Source: an uncultured Faecalicatena sp. | GTDB taxonomy: Bacteria > Bacillota > Clostridia > Lachnospirales > Lachnospiraceae | DNA length: 64,000 nt | Assembly (NCBI GenBank): GCA_902489075.1 | Contig: CABTYO010000008.1 | Span: 10,900 to 74,899 of the forward strand | Direction: 5' to 3' | Shown: positions 53,292 to 62,883 of the stretch, in pieces | Position numbering within the stretch: position 1 is the stretch's first letter | Layout of the letters: every line of letters begins with the position of its first letter | Translations under genes and position numbers: made by a program | The notes under the pieces: generated by a model | What the model was told of the DNA's origin: nothing | Seen by the model: the letters and a program-made list of their open reading frames with translations, nothing else | Database searches by the model: none

Positions 53292-54950
53292 ATGTTGAAT
53301 ATAGCACTGATCTTTCCACTAAAATATAGAAAATTCTATATCAACCCATTTTATCTGCAAAAAGTAGAAGGTCTACTTCTGGAGGCCTTTTCCGCTGACC
53401 AGATAAAGACAGTGTTACTAGATAAGAATACAGATGATTATTACCAACTATTGAATTCTAGTTCCCCTTACGATCTTATTCTTTTAGATACTCCAGCAGG
53501 GGAAATTGAGTCCGTAACTAGTGTTCTGAATGAAATAGATACAAAAAGCGCATTATTGATAGGTGAAACTATCAAATATGGATGCGCAAAAGCGCTTTTA
53601 CAGGATTTACAAAAAGATTATACATTTCAAATCCTGGGGTGTTCAGACGATAATGGTATTTTAGAATATATCAGAACGATGGTAAATGGAGACATAAGAA
53701 ATGGGATTCCGGGTCTTATGTATTTTGAACAAGACATATTTTATGAAAATCCTGTTGATCCAAAAAAGGACTATCAAAAGCATCTTCTTCTAAATTTTGA
53801 AGATAATATTATAAAATGTTATGAAAAAACGGGTATACAGATTTTCATGGAAGGTATCTCAAACGGATGTGAAAATCAATGTTCATTTTGTAAACTAAAC
53901 AATAGCACTGTTATCTCCCGAAAAGTTGTTCCCTCTTGTATCAATATAGCAGACACTCTAAGTCTCCTTGAAAAAAAGTGCAAGAAGAAACTATTTATAC
54001 AATTCACCGATGAGAATTTTTTTGGAGGAGGCATGAACCGGCTAAATGCAGTTAAAAAATTATGTAGTGAACTTAAGGTTATAAATTATAAAGGAAAGTT
54101 TGGAATTGACACTAGGCTGGATTCAATCATCAACACTAGCGATTCTACTGTAAAACAACAAGAACGCGAGAGAATATGGAAGATGTTCTCTTCATGCGGA
54201 TTAAAATATTGCTTTTTAGGATTAGAAACATTTCATCAGAATCAAGCTAAACGATATCACAAAAATTTAGATCTTACTAATTTCCATAAAGCAATTGCTT
54301 TTCTTGAAGAAAATAATATCATTTATACTATAGGACTGATTTTATGGGATCCGCTTATGAACGTACAAGAGCTAGAGTCTAATCTAGATTTTATTTATCA
54401 TAATAATTTATTTGGAAAGACAGCCTCGCTACTAAAAAAAATGAGAATTCAGGCCAATTCAATATATTTTAAAGAGAATATTTTTAAAGAGAATATTTTT
54501 AAAGATGAAATTATATACCATGCCGACGATTATTTTAATATAAATGAAGAGGACATCGTCTATCATGACCAGACAATCCAAGGTATTCTGCCATATGTGG
54601 ATTCTGTATATAAACTATTTGATGGCTGCGGATATCGGCATTCGGATGTAACACTTTTTTCTGCTCTATATGACGAAAGTACCCCCGATATTTTAAAGCA
54701 TATTCCTTATAAAATATCGGTTTTAGAATTTGTTATTCTTAAGTATCTGCTAAAAAATGAAGATTTATCAGATGAATCTAAAGTCAAAAATGAAATATCA
54801 AGACTTTGCATTGAAACCGTTAGCGATATACACCACTCTCTAGATTCACTTAACGATATTGCCGAATATGATTTAGAACTTCAATCTATAATTACTTATT
54901 ATCAAACAGTATTTTCAAAAATATATATTAGGCTAAAGGATTTTCTGTAA
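53292..54950 (+). CDS. Radical SAM protein with architecture resembling cobalamin-binding class B RS enzymes
   Basis: GCENQCSFC (CxxxCxxC) at about aa 193, FTDENF, LGLET; ~180-aa N-terminal domain; AAGGAG RBS. Confidence 0.85.
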   Translation: MLNIALIFPLKYRKFYINPFYLQKVEGLLLEAFSADQIKTVLLDKNTDDYYQLLNSSSPYDLILLDTPAGEIESVTSVLNEIDTKSALLIGETIKYGCAKALLQDLQKDYTFQILGCSDDNGILEYIRTMVNGDIRNGIPGLMYFEQDIFYENPVDPKKDYQKHLLLNFEDNIIKCYEKTGIQIFMEGISNGCENQCSFCKLNNSTVISRKVVPSCINIADTLSLLEKKCKKKLFIQFTDENFFGGGMNRLNAVKKLCSELKVINYKGKFGIDTRLDSIINTSDSTVKQQERERIWKMFSSCGLKYCFLGLETFHQNQAKRYHKNLDLTNFHKAIAFLEENNIIYTIGLILWDPLMNVQELESNLDFIYHNNLFGKTASLLKKMRIQANSIYFKENIFKENIFKDEIIYHADDYFNINEEDIVYHDQTIQGILPYVDSVYKLFDGCGYRHSDVTLFSALYDESTPDILKHIPYKISVLEFVILKYLLKNEDLSDESKVKNEISRLCIETVSDIHHSLDSLNDIAEYDLELQSIITYYQTVFSKIYIRLKDFL

Positions 54951-54994
54951 ATCCATATAATTATTATGAATTTAAAGGAATTTCTAATTACAAA

Positions 54995-55023
54995 TTGAAA
55001 GATGGTATTATATATGATATCAT
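54995..55023 (+). promoter_or_regulatory. hicAB promoter with overlapping palindromic operator candidates
   Basis: TTGAAA, 17 nt, TATCAT with TG extension; ATGATATCAT palindrome (55014-55023) and near-copy ATGGTATTAT (55002-55011). Confidence 0.6.
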
Positions 55024-55044
55024 AATCAGAGGATAAGGAACAAT

Positions 55045-55293
55045 ATGAGTACTGTCAAAAAGAGACTTGAAAAATTTTATAAAAAGCCAATACCAAATGA
55101 TATTACTTTTGAAGAAGTTGAGGTGTTAGCACAATATTTTGGATGTATTGTTATCGGGGGTGGTAACCATATGAAAGTTATACATAAAGCATCTGGAACT
55201 GTCATCCCTGTACCCAGACATGGAAAAACAGTTGGGGAAGCTTATATTAAACAACTAAAAATATTGTTTGACACGATCAAGGAGGATATGTAA
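55045..55293 (+). CDS. hicA: HicA family toxin
   Basis: 82 aa, basic; ITFEEV..L...FG, GGNH, PVPRHG, YIKQL. Confidence 0.85.
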   Translation: MSTVKKRLEKFYKKPIPNDITFEEVEVLAQYFGCIVIGGGNHMKVIHKASGTVIPVPRHGKTVGEAYIKQLKILFDTIKEDM

Positions 55294-55680
55294 ATGATAT
55301 ATGAAGCGAATATTTACCAGATGAGGGTAGAAAACCATACTTTTTGGGTTGCAGAAAGTAAGAGCTTAAAAGGCTGTGTCGGTCAAGGGGATACGTCTGA
55401 TGCGGCTATAAAAGAACTAGAACAAAATGAGAAGGAATGGTTAGAAACAGCAAAGGAGTTTGATATTCCAATTCCACCAGTTTCATTAAGAAAAGAAAAG
55501 GCTTACAGTGGAAAGTTTTCTTTAAGAATGTCACCTTATGTTCATGAAAAAGCCGCAGATAATGCTTCTGAATTAGGCATTAGCTTGAATCAATATATTA
55601 ATGATGCTCTGGTGGAATACAATGAAAGAGTAGCAAACTCGTTCAAGTCTTCTAAGGATGATTTTGAAACATTAACCTAG
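55294..55680 (+). CDS. hicB: HicB family antitoxin with RHH domain
   Basis: LKGCVGQGDT..AI, WLE.A...IP.P, YSGKFSLRM...H...GISLNQYI; ATG abuts the hicA stop. Confidence 0.9.
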   Translation: MIYEANIYQMRVENHTFWVAESKSLKGCVGQGDTSDAAIKELEQNEKEWLETAKEFDIPIPPVSLRKEKAYSGKFSLRMSPYVHEKAADNASELGISLNQYINDALVEYNERVANSFKSSKDDFETLT

Positions 55681-55729
55681 TTTTTGTACTTATCAAATGT
55701 ATTTTGTAAAAACGACGTCAGAAAATCCT

Positions 55730-55773
55730 GGAAAAGGGGTGAGTGTAACTAGCCGTTGCACTCACCTTTTTCC
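55730..55773. terminator. Bidirectional terminator between hicB and the CDF gene
   Basis: ggaaaaggggtgagtgtaac / gttgcactcacctttttcc. Confidence 0.7.
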
Positions 55774-55778
55774 ATTTA

Positions 55779-56690
55779 TTAACCTTCGATTTCCCTGATT
55801 TCCCGCCGTGTCAGTGGATTGACATGCACCATACAGTGTTTCACCTCCGGAAACTGCTCTTCTACTCTGTTATGCACATCTTCCGCTATCTTATGCGCCT
55901 CTTTCAACGTCAGATTCTCATCCGCCGCAATTTCGATATCCACATATGACCGTGCTCCGAACATCCTGGTGCGTATGGCGTCAATTTTCTCCACGCCACG
56001 GCTCTCCAGGACTGCCTGGCGGATCTGCTGGATCGTCCTGTCATCACAGGCTTTATCTACCATCTTGTTCATGGCATCCTGGAAGATATCCCAGGCCGCC
56101 TTTCCGATAAAGACGCAGATTACCACACTTGCCAGGGGATCCAGAACCGGGAATCCAAGCCTTGCTCCCAGGATACCCGCAAAAGCTCCGATGGAAGAAA
56201 GGGCATCCGAACGGTGATGCCAGGCATCCGCCATCAAGGCACCGGAATTGATCTTCTTTGCCGCGCCCCTTGTGTACCAGTACATCCATTCCTTCACAAC
56301 AATCGATACAACTGCTGCAATAAGCGCCAGTCTTCCTGGAATCAGCGCCTCGCCAAGTCGTCCGGCGGCAATCTTCTGCACGCCCTGGATTCCAATCCCC
56401 ACGCCGGTAGCAAACAGGAGCACTGCCAGTAAAATGGATGCCACACATTCCATTCGCTCATGTCCATAAGGGTGCTCCTTATCCGACTTTTTGGCAGATA
56501 TGGTCACTCCGATCATGACAATAATCGTGCTGAACACATCCGAAGCAGAATGAACGGCATCGGATATCATAGCTCCTGAGTGGGCGATCAGGCCTGCTGC
56601 CAGCTTAAAGACAGACAAGGCAACATTCACCCCGATACTTACCCCTGAAACGCGCATGGCAATTTTATTTGTATTCATTTTTTCCTGCAT
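55779..56690 (-). CDS. Cation diffusion facilitator (CzcD/FieF family) metal exporter
   Basis: SDAVHSASD, HPYGHER.E, ADAWHHRSD, C-terminal dimerisation domain; ATG 56690 follows GGAGG. Confidence 0.94.
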   Translation of the reverse strand: MQEKMNTNKIAMRVSGVSIGVNVALSVFKLAAGLIAHSGAMISDAVHSASDVFSTIIVMIGVTISAKKSDKEHPYGHERMECVASILLAVLLFATGVGIGIQGVQKIAAGRLGEALIPGRLALIAAVVSIVVKEWMYWYTRGAAKKINSGALMADAWHHRSDALSSIGAFAGILGARLGFPVLDPLASVVICVFIGKAAWDIFQDAMNKMVDKACDDRTIQQIRQAVLESRGVEKIDAIRTRMFGARSYVDIEIAADENLTLKEAHKIAEDVHNRVEEQFPEVKHCMVHVNPLTRREIREIEG

Positions 56691-56798
56691 TCCCTTTATA
56701 TCCTCCAGTTCACAAGTATTTTCCTGCACACTGTCATTTTCTGTTCTCCTGGCTGCAATCGTTCTGGATTTACGCCCGTTCCCGGATTTTTATTTACA

Positions 56799-56845
56799 CA
56801 AAAAGAACCTGCGGAACATTCTTCTAAACTGTCCCACAGATTCTC
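56799..56845 (-). terminator. Riboswitch-controlled intrinsic terminator
   Basis: Minus strand agaatctgtgggaca ... tgttccgcaggttctt followed by a T-run; overlaps the aptamer 3' strand. Confidence 0.8.
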
Positions 56846-56973
56846 TTTCTACGCCCAAAGGCAATATAAAATATCCTTACCCAGGATATGAAATCATCAT
56901 CTGCTGCCGCGACGCGGCCCGGCCCCATTCATACAGATACTGCTGTATGCATCGCCTGCTCAGTTTGTACTGT
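56826..56973 (-). ncRNA. NiCo (czcD) riboswitch
   Basis: Minus strand ACAGTACAAACTGAGCAGGC ... GGGCCGGG ... GCAGCAGAT ... ATCTGTGGGACAGTT matches the recalled family consensus; lies upstream of a CDF exporter. Confidence 0.9.
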
Positions 56974-57006
56974 AGATTTGATATGCAGTGCAACGAGTTT
57001 CCTTAT

Positions 57007-57035
57007 ATAATATGCAGTTTTCCCTCATTTGTCAA
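57007..57035 (-). promoter_or_regulatory. Sigma-A promoter for the riboswitch-CDF transcript
   Basis: TTGACA, 17 nt, TATTAT on the minus strand. Confidence 0.75.
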
Positions 57036-57200
57036 CTGCTTTTCCAGTTATACTAACCGATTTAACACAATTTTTACTGCCACACAATATCAGATGCGGC
57101 TGTTACGGAAATTGGATTTCTGTAACAGCCGCATCACTATGAGGGGGGCTAATTTGTGGATTTATCCGTCTTCATATCTCATGCCTGTAATTTCTCTGAA

Positions 57201-57554
57201 TTACATATTTGCTTTCATCTTATACCTTTTCTCTTTCCTGATATATCCTGTATCCCTGCCATATTCTTCTTTGTCTGCTGCTTCCATTCTGTGGGGCTTT
57301 CTCTGCTGATCCAGTGGCACACTCCCCATCTCATCTTCCAGATGCATCCTGCGGAAGTCTTTCCTGTGATTGACGCCTCCACAAAAATCTTCAAATGCAT
57401 ATGCCATTCTTTCTAAGACAGTGAGACTGGACATCCTTTCTACGGAAAGTTTCCTGACAGAGCGGAGCCAATACTCTGTGAGCATCCAACAGGTAACCAA
57501 CAGTGCTGCAACTGAAATCAAAACCATTATCATTCTCTCTAACATAGCTTCCAC
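57201..57554 (-). CDS. Hypothetical protein with N-terminal hydrophobic segment
   Basis: ORF with upstream AAAGGAG and downstream hairpin (57093-57135); no known domain. Confidence 0.4.
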   Translation of the reverse strand: MEAMLERMIMVLISVAALLVTCWMLTEYWLRSVRKLSVERMSSLTVLERMAYAFEDFCGGVNHRKDFRRMHLEDEMGSVPLDQQRKPHRMEAADKEEYGRDTGYIRKEKRYKMKANM

Positions 57555-57681
57555 TCCTTTTCTTTTGTTGTTATCTTTATATTAGTCCTCATTTTTTGAT
57601 TAGTCAATATTTTTATTCAATTTTTATATTTTTTCTGTTTTCGATCTATATTCTATGTGTTTTTCTATTAATTTCATTCTT

Positions 57682-58872
57682 TTATTTTTCCTTTTCACTC
57701 AGTGTTTTCAAATAAGCTTCCGCAGCCGGATCTTTTATCTCATATTTGCGGTACCATTCCTTATTGGCATCATTTCGCACAACTTCGGAACGGTTCTGGG
57801 AGAGAAAACGCACAAGCGGGTAGACATCCACCCAGATCTCATGGTTTCCTTCCCTCTGACTCTCATCAAAGATCAGCTGCAGGCCGAAATGAAGATGATA
57901 GGTATCTATATTATTGACATTCTCCGTTGTACTGTACCCGGTTCTGCCCATATATCCGATCACATCCCCGGCCTGCACCACATCTCCCTCTTCCAGTGAT
58001 TCTGCAAAGGGAACATTCTGGCGCAGATGGGCATAATAATAGTAACGTCGTCCGTCAAAGCTGTTGATCCCGATGCGCCATCCTCCATACTGGTTCCATC
58101 CCATCACAGCCACATAACCGGACTCAACTGCAGTCACGGGAGTTCCGACCTGCCCCATGAGATCATGCCCCAGATGGTTGCGGCGGTATCCATAGCTTCT
58201 GGATACCCCGAAATCATCATAATCCGTATAAGGGAATTCCTTTGCAATCGGAGAGTACGCCTTCAGCCCATAATACTTTTTCCATTCCTTTTTGCCGCTG
58301 TCAGCTTCCTGTGGTTTCTCTATCTCATACTCCCCCACCATACCATCCAGAACCGCACCGTAAGCCTCCCGGTAATAACCGTAATACTCCATATTGGCCG
58401 TCATTTCCTCCATCGTTGTCTCACCTGAGAGTATTTTCTCCGCCGCTTCGGTCATATCCTTTTCCCGGAAAGCAGTAAAATCACCGCCATACTTTGCCCC
58501 CAGGTATGCCAGCAGATCTATCCAGTTCAGATGGATCTCTTCCTGATATGTCTCCACATCATATGTATATGCCTGGTTTAATGCCTCATAGGAAACATTG
58601 AACTCCACCCATTTAATATAATCTTCTTTCTCCTGTATCTCTCCCTCTGCCGCACCGTCCTCTGCTTCACTGTCCTCTGCCGCACTGCCTTCTACTGCAC
58701 TGCCTTCTACTGCACTGCCCTCTGTCCTGACAGTATCCGCCGCTTTTTGATCTATTGTCCTGCCCGGCGCACTGCCAGGCCAGGCACCAGCTATCAGAAG
58801 AAGCAGCAGAATCTCAGCTCCTATCCCTGCCGAAAAAAAGAATCGTCTCCGCATGTACATGCTCCTGCCCAT
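57682..58872 (-). CDS. M23 family metallopeptidase (secreted or membrane anchored)
   Basis: HLGHD (H-x3-D), YYYAHL, HLH; N-terminal TM; EGSAV-type 15-bp repeats at about 58645-58724. Confidence 0.92.
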   Translation of the reverse strand: MGRSMYMRRRFFFSAGIGAEILLLLLIAGAWPGSAPGRTIDQKAADTVRTEGSAVEGSAVEGSAAEDSEAEDGAAEGEIQEKEDYIKWVEFNVSYEALNQAYTYDVETYQEEIHLNWIDLLAYLGAKYGGDFTAFREKDMTEAAEKILSGETTMEEMTANMEYYGYYREAYGAVLDGMVGEYEIEKPQEADSGKKEWKKYYGLKAYSPIAKEFPYTDYDDFGVSRSYGYRRNHLGHDLMGQVGTPVTAVESGYVAVMGWNQYGGWRIGINSFDGRRYYYYAHLRQNVPFAESLEEGDVVQAGDVIGYMGRTGYSTTENVNNIDTYHLHFGLQLIFDESQREGNHEIWVDVYPLVRFLSQNRSEVVRNDANKEWYRKYEIKDPAAEAYLKTLSEKEK

Positions 58873-58961
58873 AAACTCTTAATAGTCTATGCGCCATGAA
58901 CGCAACAAATTCTTCTGAATATAATGAATACAAACAACAATCATGATGTCAGGAGCAGACC

Positions 58962-59567
58962 ATGCATCTTATTTCATCACTTTTATTCGCACTCTCCGCA
59001 AATATAGACAGTTTTATTGTCGGCATGTCTTATGGGATAAAAAAATCAGACATCAGCCTTTTGAAGAGTATCATCATCAGTCTTGTCACCCTGATCGGCA
59101 CCATCGCCGCAATCCTGCTGGGTACAGAAATCTCGCGGTTTCTCCCTGCATCATCTACGTCAGCTGTCGGCTGTACCCTCCTGATCGGACTGGGTCTGTA
59201 TTATATCCTGAAGGCTCTGTTTGGCTTTCTTGTAAAAAAATTCAGGAAAACGGAAGTAACATCCAGCGAACATACCTCTGAGCCGTCAGAAAAAGAAGCA
59301 GCACAGACAACTCTGCTTACCATGAAAGAAGGACTGTTTCTGGGGCTGGCACTCTCCATTAACAATTTTGGGATGGGCATTGGGGCCAGTATCACAGGCT
59401 TAAAACTGGTGCCGACTGCGGTCATTTCCCTGATCGTCTCCGTCATTTTCCTGTATGCAGGTAACTTCATCGGGAAGACAAAGATGCCCCGGATATCCGA
59501 CCAGATGGCTGATGTCATCTCCGGGCTGATTCTGGTGGGTCTTGGCGTTTACGAACTTCTTGTATAA
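58962..59567 (+). CDS. ytaF: Sporulation membrane protein YtaF (MntP family)
   Basis: SANIDSFIVGMSYG, LGLALSINN.G.GIGA; six TMs. Confidence 0.85.
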   Translation: MHLISSLLFALSANIDSFIVGMSYGIKKSDISLLKSIIISLVTLIGTIAAILLGTEISRFLPASSTSAVGCTLLIGLGLYYILKALFGFLVKKFRKTEVTSSEHTSEPSEKEAAQTTLLTMKEGLFLGLALSINNFGMGIGASITGLKLVPTAVISLIVSVIFLYAGNFIGKTKMPRISDQMADVISGLILVGLGVYELLV

Positions 59568-59570
59568 AAA

Positions 59571-59615
59571 GAAAGTCCTGCGCGGCATTCTTTCTGATAC
59601 CGCACAGGACTTTCT
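59571..59615. terminator. Hairpin between convergent ytaF and the moeA fusion gene
   Basis: gaaagtcctgcgcgg / ccgcacaggactttc. Confidence 0.6.
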
Positions 59616-59692
59616 ATCTCTTATTTTACAATACCGCTGTAAATCCAACCGCAGGGCATGAAGGACAGGATGCCTGCAGGGACCCCTGCATT

Positions 59693-61600
59693 TTACAGCA
59701 GCAGGATTTCTCCTGTACTGTCAAGCCCATATCCACCTGCCGCCTCTGCCCGGGCGCGAAATTCACTGCTCTTAAGTACATTCAGAAACTGTCTGATCTT
59801 CTCCTGCTCCAGCGTCTCCTTTCGCACTGCAAAGTCATACTCCTCTTCCCCCACAGGGATAAAGTCCAGATCCATTGCATGAGCAGCCGAATAGACGCCC
59901 ATCCCGGCATCTGCCCCGCCGTTTTTGACCAGTGCCGCCACTGCCATATGGGTTGCGGCCTCCTTATCATAGCCGTCGACCTCCTCCGGGCGGATTCCGG
60001 CCGTTTTCAGACAGTAATCCAGCAGGACTCTTGTCCCGGCGCCCCGCTGGCGGTTCACATAAGACACCCGTTTCAGGTCTTCGATCCCTTTGATTCCCTT
60101 TGGGTTGCCTTTCTGGACGATAATCCCCTGAATCCGCTTTACCCCTTTGATCAGGGCCATCTCCTGCCCCGGGAATAGTTTTTTCAGATAAGAAATATTA
60201 TAGACCCCTGTCTCCTCATCCAGCAGATGGGTCGGTGCAATATGCGTCTCGCCGCGCTTTAGTGCCATCAGTCCGGCCATGCTGCCCACATGGGTACTGG
60301 ACAGAAAGCTGCCCGGGTAAACCTGCGGCATCAGGTCTGCAAGGAAATCCAGAATCAGATCGTGGCTCCCGATGGATACCACCGTATGCCTGATTTCTTC
60401 CAGCTCGCGGTATAATTCCACCTCCACTGTCTCTCCCGCCTCTGCTCCTTCACTGTTCTGTCCGATGATACAGAATCCATCCGCCCGCACCAGGCTCATT
60501 GCAGCGCCTGCACCTCTTGCCAGAGGGGATGCGATCAGCTTATCGCCTACTTTTCCCACCTTGACCCGGACGTATTCCTGATGCTTCAAGGAGGATACCA
60601 GGCGCTTGGAAAGCACCGCCTCCACGGTATGTCCGGCAGAATGCCGTTCTCCTGACATCATGTCCATGACAGGCCTTACGAAGTTTTCGAAATCAATATA
60701 TGCGGAGACAGGATAGCCCGGAAGCCCTATCACAGGCTTGCCTTCCACAATGGAAAGGATCACAGGCTTGCCCGGCTTGATCGCCACGCCATGCACAAGC
60801 ACCTCGCCTATCTCCCTTAAAATATGCACGGTATAGTCTTCCGTCCCTGCACTGGAGCCCGCATTCACAACCACAATGTCATTCTCCGCAAGTGCCTTTT
60901 TAATGGTCTCCTTGATCTTGTCATAATCATCCTCCACCGGGGCATACCGATGCGGAATCCCCCCATAACTTATCGTCATTGCCGCGAACATCCGGCTGTT
61001 GGACTCTATGATATCGCCCTCCTCTGGCTCCCTGTCCGGCTCGATGATCTCTGTTCCGGTAGGGATCAGCCCCACCTCCGGCTTTTTAATGACCTCCACA
61101 TTCAGGATCCCGCCGCTTAACAGCACGCCGATGTCAATAGGACGGATTTTATGTCCTCCCGGTATCAGCATCTCCCCCGCTACGATATCCTCGCCGATGG
61201 GGCGGACATGCTGCCAGCCGCTTGCGGCCTCCAGGATCTGCACCCGGTCCTCATCCACCTCCAGCAGGTCTTCCGCCATGATCACCGCATCATAAGGAGG
61301 ATTCACCGGGTCCCCGGTATCTACGACCCGGTAATCTTCTCCCTTCACAAGCGTGAGTGGATTCTCCTGTGACGCCCCTGCCGTCCGCTTCGACACTACT
61401 GCAATGCCATCCATGGCCGCCGCATTGAAAAGAGGGGAACAGCATTTTGCATAGACTGCCTCCGCCGTCATCCGGCCAAAAGAATCCTCCACCGGTATGA
61501 CTTCATGCCTGGGTGTCATAAGCTTCTCCAGTGCCTGTGTATACAGCCTGCGTGCCTCCTCTGCTGGTATCGTCTTTAAGTATAAATTGCGTTTTCCCAT
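59693..61600 (-). CDS. Molybdopterin biosynthesis protein: MoeA fused to a C-terminal periplasmic-binding-protein-like domain
   Basis: AAMDGIAV, AIKPGKP, GLPGYPVS, then GSHD, GSMAGL, NRQRGAGTR; ATG 61600 follows GGAGG. Confidence 0.92.
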   Translation of the reverse strand: MGKRNLYLKTIPAEEARRLYTQALEKLMTPRHEVIPVEDSFGRMTAEAVYAKCCSPLFNAAAMDGIAVVSKRTAGASQENPLTLVKGEDYRVVDTGDPVNPPYDAVIMAEDLLEVDEDRVQILEAASGWQHVRPIGEDIVAGEMLIPGGHKIRPIDIGVLLSGGILNVEVIKKPEVGLIPTGTEIIEPDREPEEGDIIESNSRMFAAMTISYGGIPHRYAPVEDDYDKIKETIKKALAENDIVVVNAGSSAGTEDYTVHILREIGEVLVHGVAIKPGKPVILSIVEGKPVIGLPGYPVSAYIDFENFVRPVMDMMSGERHSAGHTVEAVLSKRLVSSLKHQEYVRVKVGKVGDKLIASPLARGAGAAMSLVRADGFCIIGQNSEGAEAGETVEVELYRELEEIRHTVVSIGSHDLILDFLADLMPQVYPGSFLSSTHVGSMAGLMALKRGETHIAPTHLLDEETGVYNISYLKKLFPGQEMALIKGVKRIQGIIVQKGNPKGIKGIEDLKRVSYVNRQRGAGTRVLLDYCLKTAGIRPEEVDGYDKEAATHMAVAALVKNGGADAGMGVYSAAHAMDLDFIPVGEEEYDFAVRKETLEQEKIRQFLNVLKSSEFRARAEAAGGYGLDSTGEILLL

Positions 61601-61650
61601 AATTCCTCCTTCAAAGCAGATATCCGAAATCCACCCTGCTGTTCCATAAA

Positions 61651-62883
61651 TCAAATCTCATATACAAATACCTGTTCTCCCTTTTTCAGCCCTTCCTGAT
61701 TCTCCTCAATCAGGAGATATCCATCTGAGCGGGAAAGGGTGCTGATCAGCCCGGAACGCCCGAAGATGGGGCATGCCAGGAGCCTTCCATCCTCCATGCG
61801 CTTAAGATGTACCAGCTGACAGGTCAGTTTTCCCGGTGCAGCCGGAAGGTTGGTGGAGATCTCTGCCATCCTGGGATAGGGTTCTCTCTCCCCCGTCACT
61901 GCGCGCCACAGCCAGCCCACCAGCAGTTCAAAGACAAGCATGGCCGCCGCAGGATGCCCGGGCAGTCCCACGAGCAGAGTTTTTGACGGTCTGTCATATC
62001 CAAGGATCGTAGGCTTTCCCGGCTTTAGCGCGAGCCCATGGGTAAAAGCACCCTCACTTGCCAGTTCATCGATCACAGAATTGGTCTCATCCTTCTTCCC
62101 CTGGGAGCTTCCTCCTGAAACAACGACGATATCACTGTCTTCCATGGCTTTCGCAGCCGTCTGAAAGAGAAGTCCGCGTTCATCCTTTAATACCGCACAG
62201 CCCGTCACCTCAAAGCCCAGCTTCTGTGCCATGGCGCAGATCCCATAGGTATTGATATCCCTCACCTGGCCGGGCTTCGGTTTCCCGCCCGGCGGCACCA
62301 GCTCATCTCCTGTTGAGATGATGAATATCTTCCAGGGACGGTAGACTTTTACCCTGGTAATCCCTAAAGAAGCCAGGACTCCGATGGACGCAGGACCAAG
62401 TCTTGTCCCTCTGAAAAGGACCTTCTGCCCTTCCTTCATATCATCCCCGGCCTCTACAATATTTGCCCCCACAGACACACTCTGATAGACCGCCGCTTCA
62501 AAGTCAGAGAACAGTTCGCAGTACTCCACCATCACGACAGCATCCGCCCCTTCCGGGATCATGCCGCCGGTGGGCACATACACGCAGGTTCCGGGAGTGA
62601 CAGATACATCCGCCGCCTTCCCCATCTCCACTTCTCCTGCGATCTTTAAGAACGCCGGAATGCTCTCGCCCGCTCCGCCTGTATCAGCCGCACAGACCGC
62701 ATATCCATCCACTGTGGACCTCCGAAAAGACGGTACGCTTTCTCCTGCACAGAGGTCTTCTGCCAGTACAGCCCCCTGTGCATCCAGGAGTTCTTTTTCT
62801 ATCACTTCAGGTGTCGGGTTTCCCATCGCCGTTAAAATCTTCTGACGGGCCTGGCCCACTGTATCTACATTCAGCAATTTCAT
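61651..62883 (-). CDS. moeA: Molybdopterin molybdo/tungstotransferase MoeA
   Basis: STVDGYAV, TGG.IP.GADAVVM.E, STGDEL, SGGSS, KPGKP, GLPGHP. Confidence 0.94.
   Translation of the reverse strand: MKLLNVDTVGQARQKILTAMGNPTPEVIEKELLDAQGAVLAEDLCAGESVPSFRRSTVDGYAVCAADTGGAGESIPAFLKIAGEVEMGKAADVSVTPGTCVYVPTGGMIPEGADAVVMVEYCELFSDFEAAVYQSVSVGANIVEAGDDMKEGQKVLFRGTRLGPASIGVLASLGITRVKVYRPWKIFIISTGDELVPPGGKPKPGQVRDINTYGICAMAQKLGFEVTGCAVLKDERGLLFQTAAKAMEDSDIVVVSGGSSQGKKDETNSVIDELASEGAFTHGLALKPGKPTILGYDRPSKTLLVGLPGHPAAAMLVFELLVGWLWRAVTGEREPYPRMAEISTNLPAAPGKLTCQLVHLKRMEDGRLLACPIFGRSGLISTLSRSDGYLLIEENQEGLKKGEQVFVYEI

Larger units (their letters stand above)
51400..55725. other. AT-rich genomic island (five genes, all on the + strand)
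   Basis: Abrupt shift to A/T-rich codons between two host hairpin terminators; no integrase or att repeat seen; boundaries approximate. Confidence 0.75.

Noticed and set aside
51380..55730. att sites or integrase for the AT-rich island
   Set aside because: No flanking direct repeat, tRNA or recombinase was found by eye, so it is not called a mobile element.
57093..57135. Hairpin with TCCAA loop on the minus strand as an eighth family member
   Set aside because: It lacks the bulged GAT..CAGC / GCGTCCC termini; more simply a terminator.
56656..57309. 217-aa + strand ORF
   Set aside because: Antisense to the NiCo riboswitch, its promoter and the CDF start; not protein-like.
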